NCBI GenBank assembly: GCA_002189035.1
Contig: CM007989.1
Coordinates: 8,432,001 to 8,496,000 of the forward strand
Length of the DNA stretch: 64,000 nucleotides
Direction of reading: 5' to 3'
From: Utricularia gibba
Lineage: Eukaryota; Plantae; Magnoliophyta
A model generated the notes under the pieces. The model did no database searches, had not been told where the DNA came from, and was given only the letters and a program-made list of their open reading frames with translations. Of the stretch, positions 49,669-63,119 are shown in pieces. Both the position numbers and the translations under genes were made by a program. Within the stretch, counting starts at the first letter, position 1. Each line of letters begins with the position of its first letter.

Positions 49669-50401
49669 GGCGCTTGGGTGTATGATGATTCGTCTTCGCT
49701 CAGGAACTTTTAGAAAAATCGCCAAATCCTTAAATTGAATTTCAGAAAATGAAATGAACGCGAAGGAGCAGAAGAGAAAGTACTTCCCCAGGAAGAGCTC
49801 AAGGTTCTGAAGAAATGCAATACCACAAATCCATCATGATCTGCCAGCCGCGGAGCTATCAGGAAAGGGGAAGCGGACGCAAAACAGACTAGATTTTTAT
49901 TTTCGAAGACGCTTTTTCATTAGCAAGCATCTAATATGTAATTTACCAAACAAGGACGCGGGTATTTTAGTCACCAAGACCACTAGGGTTTTGACTGGTT
50001 CGTCCCACTCCCGGATGGGATAATCAAGAAGCTCCTCTGTCTCGTCAGAAAGACAGAAACGTATCTCCGGTGTAAAATGGTTTGCTTAGAGTGGAAGCCA
50101 AAAGGCTAGGAACGTGTGCATTCACGGCCACGGAGAGTGGTGGGCTTTTGGGATCTTGGGCGAGACCTATATATTAAAGCCCAAGCATTGTAATTGGATT
50201 GGGTCAATGGATCCGACCTTATAAGCCCTAGTTGCTCATTGTGCCCTCTCCTCGGGTCGGGTGTTAGCACGCGTACGGCGTAACCCGACTCGACGAGGGA
50301 AATCAATCAAATTGAAATAGGGCAATTGACAGCCGGAGGCACAAATCCCTGTCCTCTCTGCGCGTCGCTCGCTGACTCGTGCCAATCGTCGGAAGTTCGC
50401 C
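49669..50401. promoter_or_regulatory. Divergent promoter region of RWD and CHMP1, with telo-box and site II elements
   Basis: 733 bp between head-to-head ATGs; TAGGGTTT (AAACCCTA) at 49984-49991; AGCCCA at 50178-50183. Confidence 0.5.
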
Positions 50402-51013
50402 ATGGGGAGCGCGGAAAAACTGATGAAGCAGATCATGGAGTTGAAATTCACTGCTAAAAGTCTTCAGAGGCAGGCAAGGAAGTGCGAAAAGGAGGAGAAG
50501 GCCGAGAAATTGAAGGTCAAGAAGGCGATCGAGAAAGGAAACATGGATGGCGCGCGGATCTACGCCGAGAACGCAATCCGCAAGCGCAACGAGCAGATGA
50601 ACTATCTCCGTCTTTCCTCCCGTCTGGATGCAGTTGTCGCGAGACTCGATACGCAGGCCAAAATGACGTCTATCGGCAAGTCGATGGGGAATATTGTCAA
50701 ATCACTCGAATCATCTCTGGCTACCGGAAATCTGCAGAAGATGTCGGAGACTATGGATCAGTTCGAGAAGCAATTCGTGAACATGGAAGTTCAGGCCGAG
50801 TTCATGGAGAGCTCTATGGCGGGAAGCACGTCGCTTTCCACGCCGGAGGGAGAGGTCAACAGTCTCATGCAGCAGGTGGCTGATGACTATGGACTCGAGG
50901 TTTCTGTTGGTCTGCCGCAACCTGCTTCACATGCCGTAACCGTTCAGAGCAGTGAGAAAGTCGACGAAGATGACCTCAACCGGCGTCTCGCTGAGCTGAA
51001 ATCCCGCGGCTGA
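50402..51013 (+). CDS. VPS46: ESCRT-III-related CHMP1/VPS46, intronless
   Basis: [56 protein letters not shown] and the MIM-like [11 protein letters not shown]. Confidence 0.96.
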   Translation: MGSAEKLMKQIMELKFTAKSLQRQARKCEKEEKAEKLKVKKAIEKGNMDGARIYAENAIRKRNEQMNYLRLSSRLDAVVARLDTQAKMTSIGKSMGNIVKSLESSLATGNLQKMSETMDQFEKQFVNMEVQAEFMESSMAGSTSLSTPEGEVNSLMQQVADDYGLEVSVGLPQPASHAVTVQSSEKVDEDDLNRRLAELKSRG

Positions 51014-52531
51014 TCTTCCTGCTGCAAGCGCGCATCGGTGTTGTCATTTCTTATAGGTATATGGTATCCATCCCTATATGTATTGATGTATGGACGCTAT
51101 TTTTTCCTTGGACTGCTCCAATTCTGCTATGGTATGCTCTCCCTTTGTTATGTGGTATTCTTCTGGCATGCTGTGTTTTCTGTATTGAGATTCAGGTTTA
51201 CTACCTACTCGCACATTAGACGACCTTTGCTAAAAGGCAACCAAACGGGCACCTCTTGTGCCCTGTGAAGCTTCACGACTGGTAAATATCAAGGTGCTGC
51301 TGCATTAGATTTTTTCCAAGTCACTAAAATTGAATTGATCTCCTCGGGACTAGAATAGAATACGTTTGGAAGCTACATGGGCTGCTGGCTGTTTGGTGAT
51401 GTTATCAGGCACTGATAACATTCGTTTTTTGGAAACTTCACATTTGTTTTTTGGAAACTGATGAAAAAGATAGCACCATTTTCCAAACCCCCAAGTTCCC
51501 AAAACTAGAAGAATTTTGGGGTTTTGACTATTGATTGATTATGCTTCTCTATGATGTTTTCCCCCTGTTACCACCGAGTGGAAATTCCGTTGATTGTGTG
51601 TGGGGTTTTCCAAAGCGGATGAGTAGCGCTAGGCAGGGCGTGGAGGAGAAATGTGTGTAAGATTCGCAAGCTGGAAAGGTGATCTACCGGTTTATTTGAG
51701 TTGAGGTTAATCGGTGTTTACCAAAGATTTGCAAATTTTGGTGCGCTGCGGAGGCATATTTTTAAAAGCTTGGTCTTCCGGTGAGCTGCATATTTATGGT
51801 TTCATGTGTAGGAGGGTGATGAATGATGCGAGAGATGGATCTAAGCATTTTTGAAAAGTTTACACATGGTCATGAGAAGAGTTGATATTTTATACATTTT
51901 TGTATAGTTATAATAAGTTAATACATATACATTTTTTATCATGAGAAAAAGAGAGATATTTTGTACACTATGGCTTGAGTATAACCAGTAAAATGTTTTG
52001 TCTTTGTCTCAGATAGATAGATAGATATTGGGACTTTGGAGTTGGTTAGAGTATGGTTGATAGGCAAAAATGATTGCTTACTCAAATTCTGAAAAAATGA
52101 TCAAATAAATAAATGTGTAGTTGCTGGGCTGGGCTGGGCTTTTGTGGGATCTCGCTCGTAACAAAGCATACACCTATCCTTGCCAACATAAATAAATAAA
52201 AAAGGATTGGAGAGGGAGCCGGAAAATTGACACAGAAAGGCAAGTGAAAACTGCAAATCTTTTTCCTGCTGTGTGTACATACATACCTACACATGGTGTA
52301 TCTATAGATAGAGCGAGCGAGCGAGCACATCTGAATCCTCCTGCTCATCAATCTCTGTATGCGCTCCATGGTTGAGAACGAAATCCATCTTGGGATGCCC
52401 TTTCGATTTTATACCGATTCTCGCTTCTGAAACACTTTACTCTCCACTGGAAAGGCAACCGGGGGAAATCATTTTTGCTTTCTGCTGCTGCTTTAATCAT
52501 TTTCGGTGATTTTTCTCGATTCTCGAAAGGG

Positions 52532-55500
52532 ATGAGCGGCGTTTCCGGTGACGGAGAGGTGGCACCAGCTTCAGCGGAGCCACCTTCCCCGCTGGAATGG
52601 AAATTCTCTCAGGTCTTTGGCGAGCGGACGGCGGGGAGGAAGTGCAAGAAGGTAATAGCATCCACTAGCGAATTAGGAAATAATTTGTTTGGATCTCGTG
52701 GTTAGGGTTTTATTTTAGTGAATTTTGATCTGTTCCTGAATCATTACTGGGATGACTCATTGAGCACTGGAGTACGCGATCTGCATGCCAGGGTCGCTGA
52801 TCCAAAATTGGGCTTTCAAAAGTGGTCTGCGCGAAATGGTTTCATGGCAGTTTTATTTTCTTTTTTGTTTACTCTGAGAAAGACTCCTCGTTCTCTTTTT
52901 TTTTTATGCCTACTCTTATGCGTTTATTGCTCAAGTCATGGGTTTACTTTTGCCGCCATATCTTTCACTGGATCACATGCAGTGAAGTTCATATTAGTAA
53001 GCTCTAAATTGTAACATTTATTGAAACTACTTTTGCCGTTATTAATATGTTGCATTTATAACTCTACTCTAGCTTGGGATACTGGTCTCATGATTAGACC
53101 CGTGCAAGAGGCAACATTCCATTTGAATCCAAAAGAGTTGAGTGTATAAAAAATCATAAGCGCTGTGTTCTGGCCGTATCCCTATTCTGTTAATCCAACT
53201 TTTCTTGAATTAAAAGTTTCTATTTGAACCCAAACTATTTTGATGTCTGCCTCCTTTCCATGATGTTCAGTTGATATCATTTCTGCAATTGAGTTTGATA
53301 AATGTGGTGACCATCTGGCAACTGGTGACCGTGGTGGGAGGGTGGTGTTGTTTGAAAGAACTGATGTAAAAGAGGTGTGTCCCCTTTGAACATAAAATGG
53401 CTTCCTATATGCTGATGCAGTCATTTTCATTGGCTCTCCAAATGTATCTGCAGTCCGGAAGATCACGGAGGGATTTAGAGCAGGCAGAATATCCCGCCAG
53501 TCGCCATCCAGAATTTCGCTACAAAACAGAATTTCAGAGCCATGAACCTGAGGTCTTTATCTCAAATCACAGATCATCTATTTTACTACAGTTTGATATT
53601 TCTGCTTTTTTTTTTTAATTTCAGTTAGAAGTTGCTTCAAGGCATTTCTTCCTTTTCTCATGTTTCTTTCCTCTGATTCAAATATTCTAGAGAGGATGTT
53701 TGAATAACGCTGTCTGTTTGTATGCGTTTATTCAGTTTGATTATCTTAAAAGTTTGGAGATAGAGGAGAAAATCAACAAGATTCAGTGGTGCCAGGCGGC
53801 CAATGGGGCTCTTTTTCTGCTGTCCACTAATGACAAGACCATCAAGTATTGGAAGGTATGACATGCAATTTCGTTGCTTGACAACGATTGGAAACAATTA
53901 ATGCAGTATGTTATTAAGGGGTTACACATAACTGCTCTGCGGGAAAATCAATTTTAAGGCTTTAATATGATTCTTTTTCCAAGGAGAGAGATGTGCTCCA
54001 TGTTAAATATAGAATACGTAGTGAATCGTTCATTAATGGAACTTTCACTTAGTTTCTGTTTCCTTCTTTATAAGGTATAATTCCATTGCTCTGAACAGGT
54101 TCAGGAGAAGAAGGTTAAGAAAATATCTGAAATGAACGTGGACCCGACTAAAATTTCTGGAAATGGTAGCATAACAAGTTCAAGCGTGCCCTCCAGCTCC
54201 AGGCCAGGCCTTTCAAATGGAAACTGCTACGGCCAATCTTGCAATTCCTTCAGCAGTGAATTGTCTTTCCCTCCTGGGGTATCCCCTCACTTCGGTTGCC
54301 AGTGGTAGTTGTACTTGCCTGAGCCACATTTTCTTTGGAAATCAGTGCATACGTATACATATGTATATTATATCCTACTTTATTTTCTGCTGCTTCATTT
54401 GGTCATTTTTCTGACTGTATTATGATAAACCTGCATCTCTTCTTTGTCTTTTATTTATTTTCCTTTTCTATGCAACCAGTATATTTTCATATTGAACTTC
54501 TGTAAAAACTCATCTACAAGAACACATGGGCAGTCTCGTTGCAAGACGTAGGAGAGTCTATACCCACGCTTGACTATTTGGAATTTGCCAAAACTTTTTC
54601 AGCTTCTTCTTATTGCTTTTTCTGATACACATGGTCATTAATTTTATAGGTCACCAGCAGCGAAACCAATCTTGTTGCAAGATGTAGGAGAGTCTATGCC
54701 CACGCTCATGATTACCACATTAATTCCATCTCAAGTAACAGGTCATGCCCCCTTTTCAAGTTATTCTGTAACGACCAACTCATTTATTCTCTTCAAGCTC
54801 TGGTTTTTAATGCTTAAGAGGTGTTCTTTTGCATCATTGTAAAATCACTTTTTTCTTAAAGGTGGTTTACACACCACACTGCTTTTCACTGTTTTACAAA
54901 GTACCGTGTGAAATCCGTTGCATAGCCTGACTTTTTTTTTTTTTAATAAAATTGAATCTTTAACCTAGTTTCGTGGGGTGAGTTTCAGTTCTTTTCTTTT
55001 TGTGCTCAATGAATTGATAGTTTATGAATAATGCTCAACAGTGATGGCGAGACATTCATATCTGCTGATGATCTGCGGATAAACCTTTGGAATTTGGAAA
55101 TAAGCAATCAGAGCTTCAATATTGTTGATGTGAAGCCAGCGAATATGGAGGATCTCACAGGTTTACTTGCAGTGTTGTGCTGCGTTTGTGCTAATTCCTT
55201 TTCTTTCCCTCTTGTCAATTTATCCATGTCTTCATTTTTGGCTCCCTTGAGTTTCTCTAAGGAATATTCTGGTCCCTCATAAGTTTAACAAATGAATTTT
55301 TGTTTTTTTTTTTGTGAAATGCAATGTAAAGTAACCTGGAACCTGAATTGTGTATGGCCCCATTTTATTTCACCTTGATTTTTAATGTGCTATCCTTCAT
55401 GATGTAGGCTATATATCCTGCCTTCTCTAGATATTGTTGTAATTTGTGAAGCAATTTCCAGTATTTTGTTAACTGCAGAGGTCATAACATCGGCAGAGTT

Positions 55501-56870
55501 TCATCCCACTCAATGCAATACGTTAGGTTACAGTAGCTCAAAAGGATCTATCCGTCTTGTTGATCTGAGACAATCTGCATTGTGTGATTCACATTCGAAA
55601 CTGTGAGTGCTTTATCAACCAGGTGTCTCGTGAATTATGCAGTGCTCTCCCGAAAAACAAATTGGATATGAAAGGATGTGAAATTGGATTTCTTGCAAAC
55701 AGATTTGAGGAGCATGAAGCACCTGGCTCGAGGTCATTTTTTACGGAGATAATTGCTTCAGTATCAGATATTAAGTTTTCAAAGGATGGCAGGCACATAC
55801 TAAGCCGTGATTATATGACTCTCAAGGTTCCAATTTTTAGTTGAAGCATTTTTCCTTTTTGTTATTGTGTATGTCTATCACCGAACTTGATAAAGGAAGA
55901 TGGGTCAGTACTTCTCTTGTATGCCTGCTGTAATTATACTAAGAAGCTATGATGTTTCTTGGACATCTTCTAGTTTCTTATATGCTGCAGCTCTGAAGTT
56001 TTGTCTATCTTTGGAATATGATTTTGCTGGAAGTATTCATTTATGTTCACTGCTGGTGTATTTGATATAGATTTTTTTATTCAGTTGTGGGATATTAACA
56101 TGGATGCTGGTCCGGTGGCAACCTTTCAGGTTCATGAGTATTTAAGACCAAAGGTGATCATAACGGTGGTTCATGGTTATTTTTGAGGTATTTCAGTCAT
56201 GGACAATGTTTTCGAACTAACGATATTCCAACTTGAAAATGTCCAGCTGTGTGATTTGTACGAGAATGATTCCATTTTTGATAAATTTGAGTGCTGTCTG
56301 AGCGGTGATGGTCTCCGAGTGGCAACTGGTTCTTACAGGTTCTGTATAGTTTTGCCTTTTTGTTTCCCATCCTTCATCTAATACACTGTCGAAAGAACGT
56401 TTCTTATGATCTCAGCAATCTGTTCCGGGTTTTTGGTTGTACTCCTGGAAGTTCTGAGGCAGCCACACTGGAAGCAAGCAAGAATCCACAGAGGTACTTT
56501 TTCCGTGAAAAGTTAGTTGATGCAGTGACACATCATTCGTGTATTGCTTACCACCAAAAATGAATTTTTGACCTTTAAAGGAGGCAAATACAGACACCTT
56601 CAAGGCCTTCCCGATCCCTTGGCAGCAGCATCACTCGTGCCGTTCGAAGGGGTGCATTTCCCTGTTCTTCTAGTCTATTTTCTTAGTCATGCATTTCAGT
56701 TTATCTGAAGAGTGAGTAGCAATTGTTTTATAGGTGCAGAAACTTCAGGGGTCGACGCCAATGGGAATTCATTTGATTTCACAGCAAAACTGCTCCATTT
56801 GGCCTGGCATCCCTCAGAGAACTCAATAGCCTGTGCTGCTGCGAACAGCTTGTACATGTATTATGCATAA
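52532..56870 (+). CDS. PP2A 55-kDa regulatory subunit B (B55), 14 exons; two apparent -1 frameshifts (G4 runs at 52633-52636 and 54276-54279)
   Basis: [23 protein letters not shown]...[63 protein letters not shown]...[11 protein letters not shown]. Confidence 0.93.
54531..54576 (+). pseudogene. Decayed partial duplicate of PP2A exon 6 inside intron 5
   Basis: 54531-54570 is 36/40 identical to 54667-54706. Confidence 0.85.
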
Positions 56871-57590
56871 AATGTGCGCTCCCACGCTGTATTGCAAACA
56901 CATTCATGGTTTTTCATTTTGACAGTGCCTCACCGTTTTTCTGACATGAAATTACCTCCACAGGCTCAGGCTTCAGGTATGGAAAGTATTGGTACCTCTT
57001 AAAACCAGCGAAACGAGGCATCGGTGGGGGCAATATATTCCTTCAATTTTTTGCTTCTCTAAGAGAAGGTTTCTGGTCAGGATGCCTGAAAGCCAGCCAC
57101 GTGATTCGCAGCTCTCTTACAAATAGGATGACTGAGAGGTAAAATGATAACTGTTATTACCTGAGGCGGATGGAATCGTTGCTGCGAACTTGGGGCGACT
57201 GCAGTCCAGTGGGTGGCTGCGACCTGCGTCTTTATAATTCCTATTATTATTATTATGATCATGATTATATTCTAGGATGATTCTCGTTGTCTGTCTGTAG
57301 ATTCCATACAGTATTCCCTTTGTACAACCCTGGCTCGGCTTGTATGTTGCTTTGCCTTCCCTTCCCTTCCCTTCAAACCGCCAACGGGTTGCATACACGA
57401 TTCACCACCTTCGTTTTTTTACACAGAATCTGCTGCATCTCTTGTTTTTAAACGGGCTGGTGGGCTCGTCGGGGCCATTTTGATGAAGGATAATTACACG
57501 TTCTATAAACGAATCGGCATCTGGTGCGAACGTCATCTCGCAAGTTGTAACTAAACCTCCCCTCTGTTCCACAGCCGAAATTCTACCGGA

Positions 57591-59417
57591 ATGGCGGCCT
57601 CGTTTCCTTTGTCCGCAGCCTTTAGAGCCTCTTCAGTCGACACCGAACAGCGGATTCCTTACAATCCTCACAGAACGTACCCTAGGAAAGCAGAATCTGC
57701 GGCAACCCCGTTAGCGTCCGTTTCTTCAAGATCACCGGGAAAGAGCCCCAAAAATTTAATCATCTCGGAGCTTCTGAGACGAGACATTCCCCAGAATACT
57801 CATGGTACTCGTCGATTAGCCTACTCGAATTAATTTTTCTTGTTTCTATTCATTTCAAAGTCCGATAGCTCATTTTCCCTCCATGTTTATTTGTCTGTTT
57901 TGTAGTCTAGTACTGTAGTATGCTATTGGGACCTTGTTGATAGTGAAACTCGTGTAGATTTCACGGGAGGATACCAGTTTGCCCGGTTTATACGTCCTGT
58001 GGCTAGCTCCTCTGAGAGCTCCGGCCTTCTGTTTCCAACTTGGATTGTGGAAACATTGAGTCTGTTTTAGTACTGATTAAAGACCAGGCTTCAGCGAAAT
58101 ATCTGTACTGTTTGAATTTCCTAAAGAGTCGGGGTGGTGTACGGGTGTCGTCCGTCACACACAAGCTCCCTATCAGTTTTTTTTTACTCCCGTTGTGTGC
58201 ATTCTACTTTTTCGTTCTTTTCATTTTTTAATCTGCTACTGTGGATATTGTGAGTCGGCCATAAATGTTTCAAACACCTAAGTTGTTCTATTGGTGTAGT
58301 GGAATTAAATGGGCTTTACTTGGGGTATGACACATGGCTTCCCCCGCACCAAAAGTGGAGAGGCCCAAATCTGTGTTGAATCCTGCATCGTTAGCTTACA
58401 TTGGTGACTGCGTGTACGAGGTTTGCTTTTGATGACCTGCTTTCTTTTCATGCCATGTGGGTGTCATTCTTTGTGCGTGTGTGGATGGGGGTGGGGGCTG
58501 TTGTTTGGTGACCAGTGGGGGATTTTCCTGACGAATGCCTCATTATTTGGGCGCAGCTGTATGCTCGCAGGCACTTTTTGTTTCCTCCCCTGAACCTCGA
58601 TGAATACAATGACCGCGTCATGGCAGTTGTACGTTGTGAGGCCCAGGTTCTACATCGTGTTGTCTATGGTTATTACCTACATATAATTCTGCTAGTTCAG
58701 TCGTGGTACCAATGCAGGAGACTATGCTGCAAAATCTTGTAAGTGAGAACGTTTTATCACAAGAGGAGAGGTTAGTTTTTCTCACTCCCGCTTGCTTCTT
58801 TCAGTTATTTGATTGCATTATACCACTATTAGTACTTTTCAGAACGAGCGAATGTCTCCAGTACATTATTGGATTAGTTCACCGAATGCACTCCATCTTC
58901 ATGTCTTCCTGGCAAGGTGATTGCACTTGAGTGTTATTTATTTTATAATCCATCTGCTGAATAGGGATGTGCTGCGTTGGGGAAAAAATAGTGGCTCCTC
59001 CAAAACAAGGTCAAAAAAGAGAGCAGGTGCAGCAGTTTACAGTAGAGCAACGTCTTTAGAGACACTGGTACGTTTCTGCACCCGCTAGATCAAATATATT
59101 CCTAGAGCACCTTGACAAAAAAATACAGCAATCCCCGCCCCTGTGATGCTTTCATTGTCTCGTGTTGTCCTCCCCGCCCCGAGTTGTAACATCCAAAGTG
59201 AGTGCTGTCAATTCTTGTTGAGGCCTCCTCCCTAATCGGAAAGCGCTACTAGGCTTGATGTCCTTGTGTTTTGATGACTTTCCTGCTTTCTGTTTAGGTC
59301 GGTTATTTGTATCTTACAGACCAGCGGCGCCTAGATGAGATCATGCAGAAAATCGGCTTCTCCACCGACATATCTAGCATTCCCAAAACGGCCGGAATAG
59401 GCAACGCCGAAACGTGA
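57591..59417 (+). CDS. Chloroplast Mini-ribonuclease III (RNC3/RNC4-like), 6 exons; apparent -1 frameshift at the C5 run 58341-58345
   Basis: Transit-peptide-like N-terminus; YLGYDTWLP..PKVERPKSVLNPASLAYIGDCVYE-LYARRHFLFPP, RDVLRWGKN, YSRATSLETLVGYLYLT. Confidence 0.88.
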
Positions 59418-59777
59418 ACTAACAGATACAAAGTGACCGAGAATTCTTTTTCTTCTTTTCTTGCCAGTATACCACTCTGGCTGTGCTTCTTGTTCTGCAT
59501 TATCCGTGTGAAATTTATACCTCTGCGGCTTACTCCTTTGCTGTGAATATCGCAGATCCTATTTAGGCCATAAATCTTAAAGACAAAGTTTAGGTGGGCA
59601 CAGTTGTCACAGCAAACAAAAACAAACAAAAAAAAGCATGGGCATCGTGGGCATGCTCGGCCTAGACAAAGGAATAAACCGGAAATAGGATAAAAAACGT
59701 TAGAAAAACTACAGTGATCAAGGTTGAAATCTTCATTTCATGAACTCCATGAAAGTAGTGCATGCAGAGGATTTACA

Positions 59778-62658
59778 TTAGTCTATCTTAACAGAGGAAT
59801 ATATCTTCCGAACGAACCAGAAACAAGCATAGAAACCAATTGTTCCCGTCAAAACAAAGAAGACATACGACGCAATCAGCATATATCCGAAGTACAGAAT
59901 CCCCGGCACCAGCTTAGTGATATCTAGTTTTGTGAAGAAGTAGAAGAATGAGTACAGGAAAAGATACAATGCAGAAGAGCCAGCTGCAAAGTAAGCTCTC
60001 CACCACCAATTATAGTCTTCGCTGCACAATTGGAAGTAGCAGAGAACGATGGTTATCTCAGCTGAGGTGACTATCAATATCAAAAAAACTATAAATAGGA
60101 AGCCAAATATGTAATAGAACTGGTTTAGCCAGATGGACGTCAGGATGAAAAATAGTTCTATGAAAACGGCCCCAAAAGGAAGAATGCCTCCAGTGAGTAT
60201 AGAGAAAACGGACTTCATGTACCAAGGCTGCTCGGGGACCTGCCTTGGGATCTTATTTGTCCTTACTGGATCTTCCATGGCAGGTTTCTTGAAACCCAAA
60301 TAACTACCAACAAATACTAATGGGACTGATATTCCAAACCATAAACACACAAGGGCAAACATAGTCCCAAATGGCAATGCTCCAGAAGATTTTTCCCCCC
60401 AAATCAGAGCATTAAGCACAAAGAAAGATCCAAACAGAATGCCCGGAAACATGAATGCCGTTTTTAAGGTGTTCATCTTCCATTGAGCGCCCCTGAACAT
60501 CTTATAGAGGCGAGCGGAAGAATATCCAGCAACCAAACCCATGAAGACCCACAACAAAACCATGGCATTCATAAGGCCGCCACGGTTTGCAGGAGAAAGG
60601 AAACCTAGTAATGCAAAGATCATAGTCACTAGGGTCATTCCAAATATCTGAACACCAGTTCCTGCATACACGCACAGCAGTCCATAGTTAGCAGGTGGCC
60701 TGAACACATCCCCGTGTACAAGTTTCCACCCAGTCTCCTCTTGAGCTTCATCTTCGGTATCCAACTGATTATAGTTTGAGATATCTTTGTACAGAGTTCT
60801 CATCATTATCATAGCAACCATACCAGAGAGGAAGAGGACAATCATTAAAGAATTGATTATTGAGAACCAGTGAATTTGATCATCATTCATAAGGAGATAA
60901 GTATCCCACCGGGAAGCCCACTTAACTTCACTTTCCTACGAGAGATAATTGCATAATTATCTTCCCACAACTAAAAAAGGAACGCATTCAGTAAAGGGTT
61001 GAGTTACACTCAATTACCTTGAAAGTAACATCATAAGTAAAAACTATGTCTTTGTCCTGATCAACTTCTTGTGGAATAGCACTTCCCTGAATCATAATTC
61101 TGGTGTTGTGGTTGCACGTTGCCACAATAGGGTTTTTCTCATCCCATTCCTTGTACTCATGACTGATGCTGTTCATAAGAAGTTCAGGGAAAATAATGTC
61201 AACGTGAAAACACTAGTATCATACTAGTAAACTTGCCTTCGTTAATAAATTCATTCAGGATGATACACACATAGACATGACAAGAAGATTTTCCAAGTAG
61301 AAATTACACAAACCTCCCAGGAGTAACTTCAAATGCGACTATTCGCGCAGAATCAGCTGTGGGAACTTTGTGATACATAACCCGGAAGCTCAAGTGGTTA
61401 TAAATAAAATATTTCTCGTCTTTGCTCTGGAAGAGAGTACATTGCACTAATCATATGACAGATGCAAATTTTTTCATCATATAATAACTGGAAGATGGAG
61501 ACTGACCCCTGCATAACTTCCCTTGAAGCCTACACGGAATCCATGCTCATAAGTTGTTGACAGACTTCCATCTCTCCTTTGCCGCAGTACAGCTACTGGG
61601 AGGTTATCTAAAATCCTGGATGAAATCTTATGTTCAACACATTTCTAAATGCTAAGTCTAAAGATCTTATATCCTTGCCCAAAATGCAGAGTCAGCTACA
61701 GAAAAAAAGATTAAGATTTCTAGAGGGAAAACAATTATTTTTTCTTTAGAAAACAAGAATGGAAAAGAAAAGAGGTGTCTTACATATTGACTCTGTACTC
61801 ATCGTCTATTTTTTCTTTAAAATCATTAGCTGCTTGACTGTCAAGGCTGATTTTGCAAGCCACGGTACAAGATTGTTCTTCCATCATGCGAAACTGATTT
61901 GGAAATCAAATTGCAATATTATGAAATTCATACAGCTAATAGACGTTCCCAATAAGCATGAACTAGTGAACTATATGAAGGATACTACATGAGGAAGGGT
62001 ACATACATTGTATACTGAATTCTCAATACGATCACCCCGAAGAACCTCACCAAGATTTTCTGCAACATTATGGATTTTTTCCGGCTTGCAGTATTTCAAG
62101 ACATAAAATTCATAAGGCAGCTGAGTCTTGGTAGATGAAAGCTTGTTCACTTTTACCTGAAGCTCATCACCCTGTTGTAAGAAAGATAGACAGGCATCAG
62201 GAGAAAATGCGGAACCAAGACTCTCCCAACGGTAATAGGGGAGAGTGATCGGACTCGGGCACCCCCCGAACTTAAACCACCAACATTCAGTTTCAGATGT
62301 TCCATGAAGTAACTACTGCTAAACTAGAGCAAGAATTCGTTAACTTGGGAAGTTTCAGATCCATAATCAATTAATAAGCCATGAATTGAAACACCCAGAC
62401 GGCACTGCACCTTATCTGTAACCGGAAGTATCATAACATGAAAAAGCCAACACAGCATGCAGTTATCAGTGCTCATAGATCTATTACATCAAGTATCCAT
62501 CACTCAGTCGAGCAACAAGAAAATGAATAGCAGAGTTGTACCCTTTGAAAATCACGAGGTGCGACCCCCGGAAGATAGAATGATTGCCCAGTCGAGATCA
62601 GATGAAGTAGCAAAAGGGAAACAAAGACAGCGGCTGAGGTGGAGGTTCTTGGAGCCAT
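59778..62658 (-). CDS. Transmembrane 9 superfamily member (TMN6/TMN7-like), 7 exons
   Basis: [78 protein letters not shown]. Confidence 0.95.
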
Positions 62659-62902
62659 TTTCCCTCCCTCCGGTTGGGAAACCTAGCAAGGAGCGAGATC
62701 AAGAAATAAAGGGGTATGGGGCCCGCCCTTGTTCCTCACGGAAAAAGGAGACCGACGAACTCGTGAAACTTAACCGGAGTTGTTAACGCAGATAACTTCA
62801 GCGGTAGAGCGGAGGTTATTCATTCAATTGGTTTTGTTTCTTTTTGCTTGCCGTTAAAAAGAATTTCCATTTTTCCAAACGTAGATGTATCATGTTGTTA
62901 AT

Positions 62903-63119
62903 CATTTTCAGGTCAACAGCACACAAGCAAAAGCAACAAGTTTACATTCTCCAAAAAGTGGTGTGTTGGTGGGCCGCACCACCTGAAAATGGAAATGCAA
63001 GGCCCATTTTCAAGTCAACAACACGCAGGCCGGCCAGGCAAAAGCAACAAGTTTGTATTCTCCAAAAAGTGGTGTGTGTTGGTGGGCCGCACCACCTGAA
63101 AATGGAAATGCCCAAGGCC
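62903..63119. repeat. ~102-bp imperfect tandem duplication in the TMN/NHL divergent promoter
   Basis: Both copies carry cattttca-gtcaac...gcaaaagcaacaagttt..attctccaaaaagtggtgtg(tg)ttggtgggccgcaccacctgaaaatggaaatgc..aaggcc. Confidence 0.95.

Noticed and set aside
51600-52140. AT-rich region with (GATA)n and (GCTGG)n
   Set aside because: Simple repeats and promoter site II elements; no transposon structure.
8987-62808. Shared 14-mer ACTTCAGCGGTAGA at about 8987 and 62795
   Set aside because: Several 14-mer matches are expected by chance in 64 kb, and the flanks do not extend.
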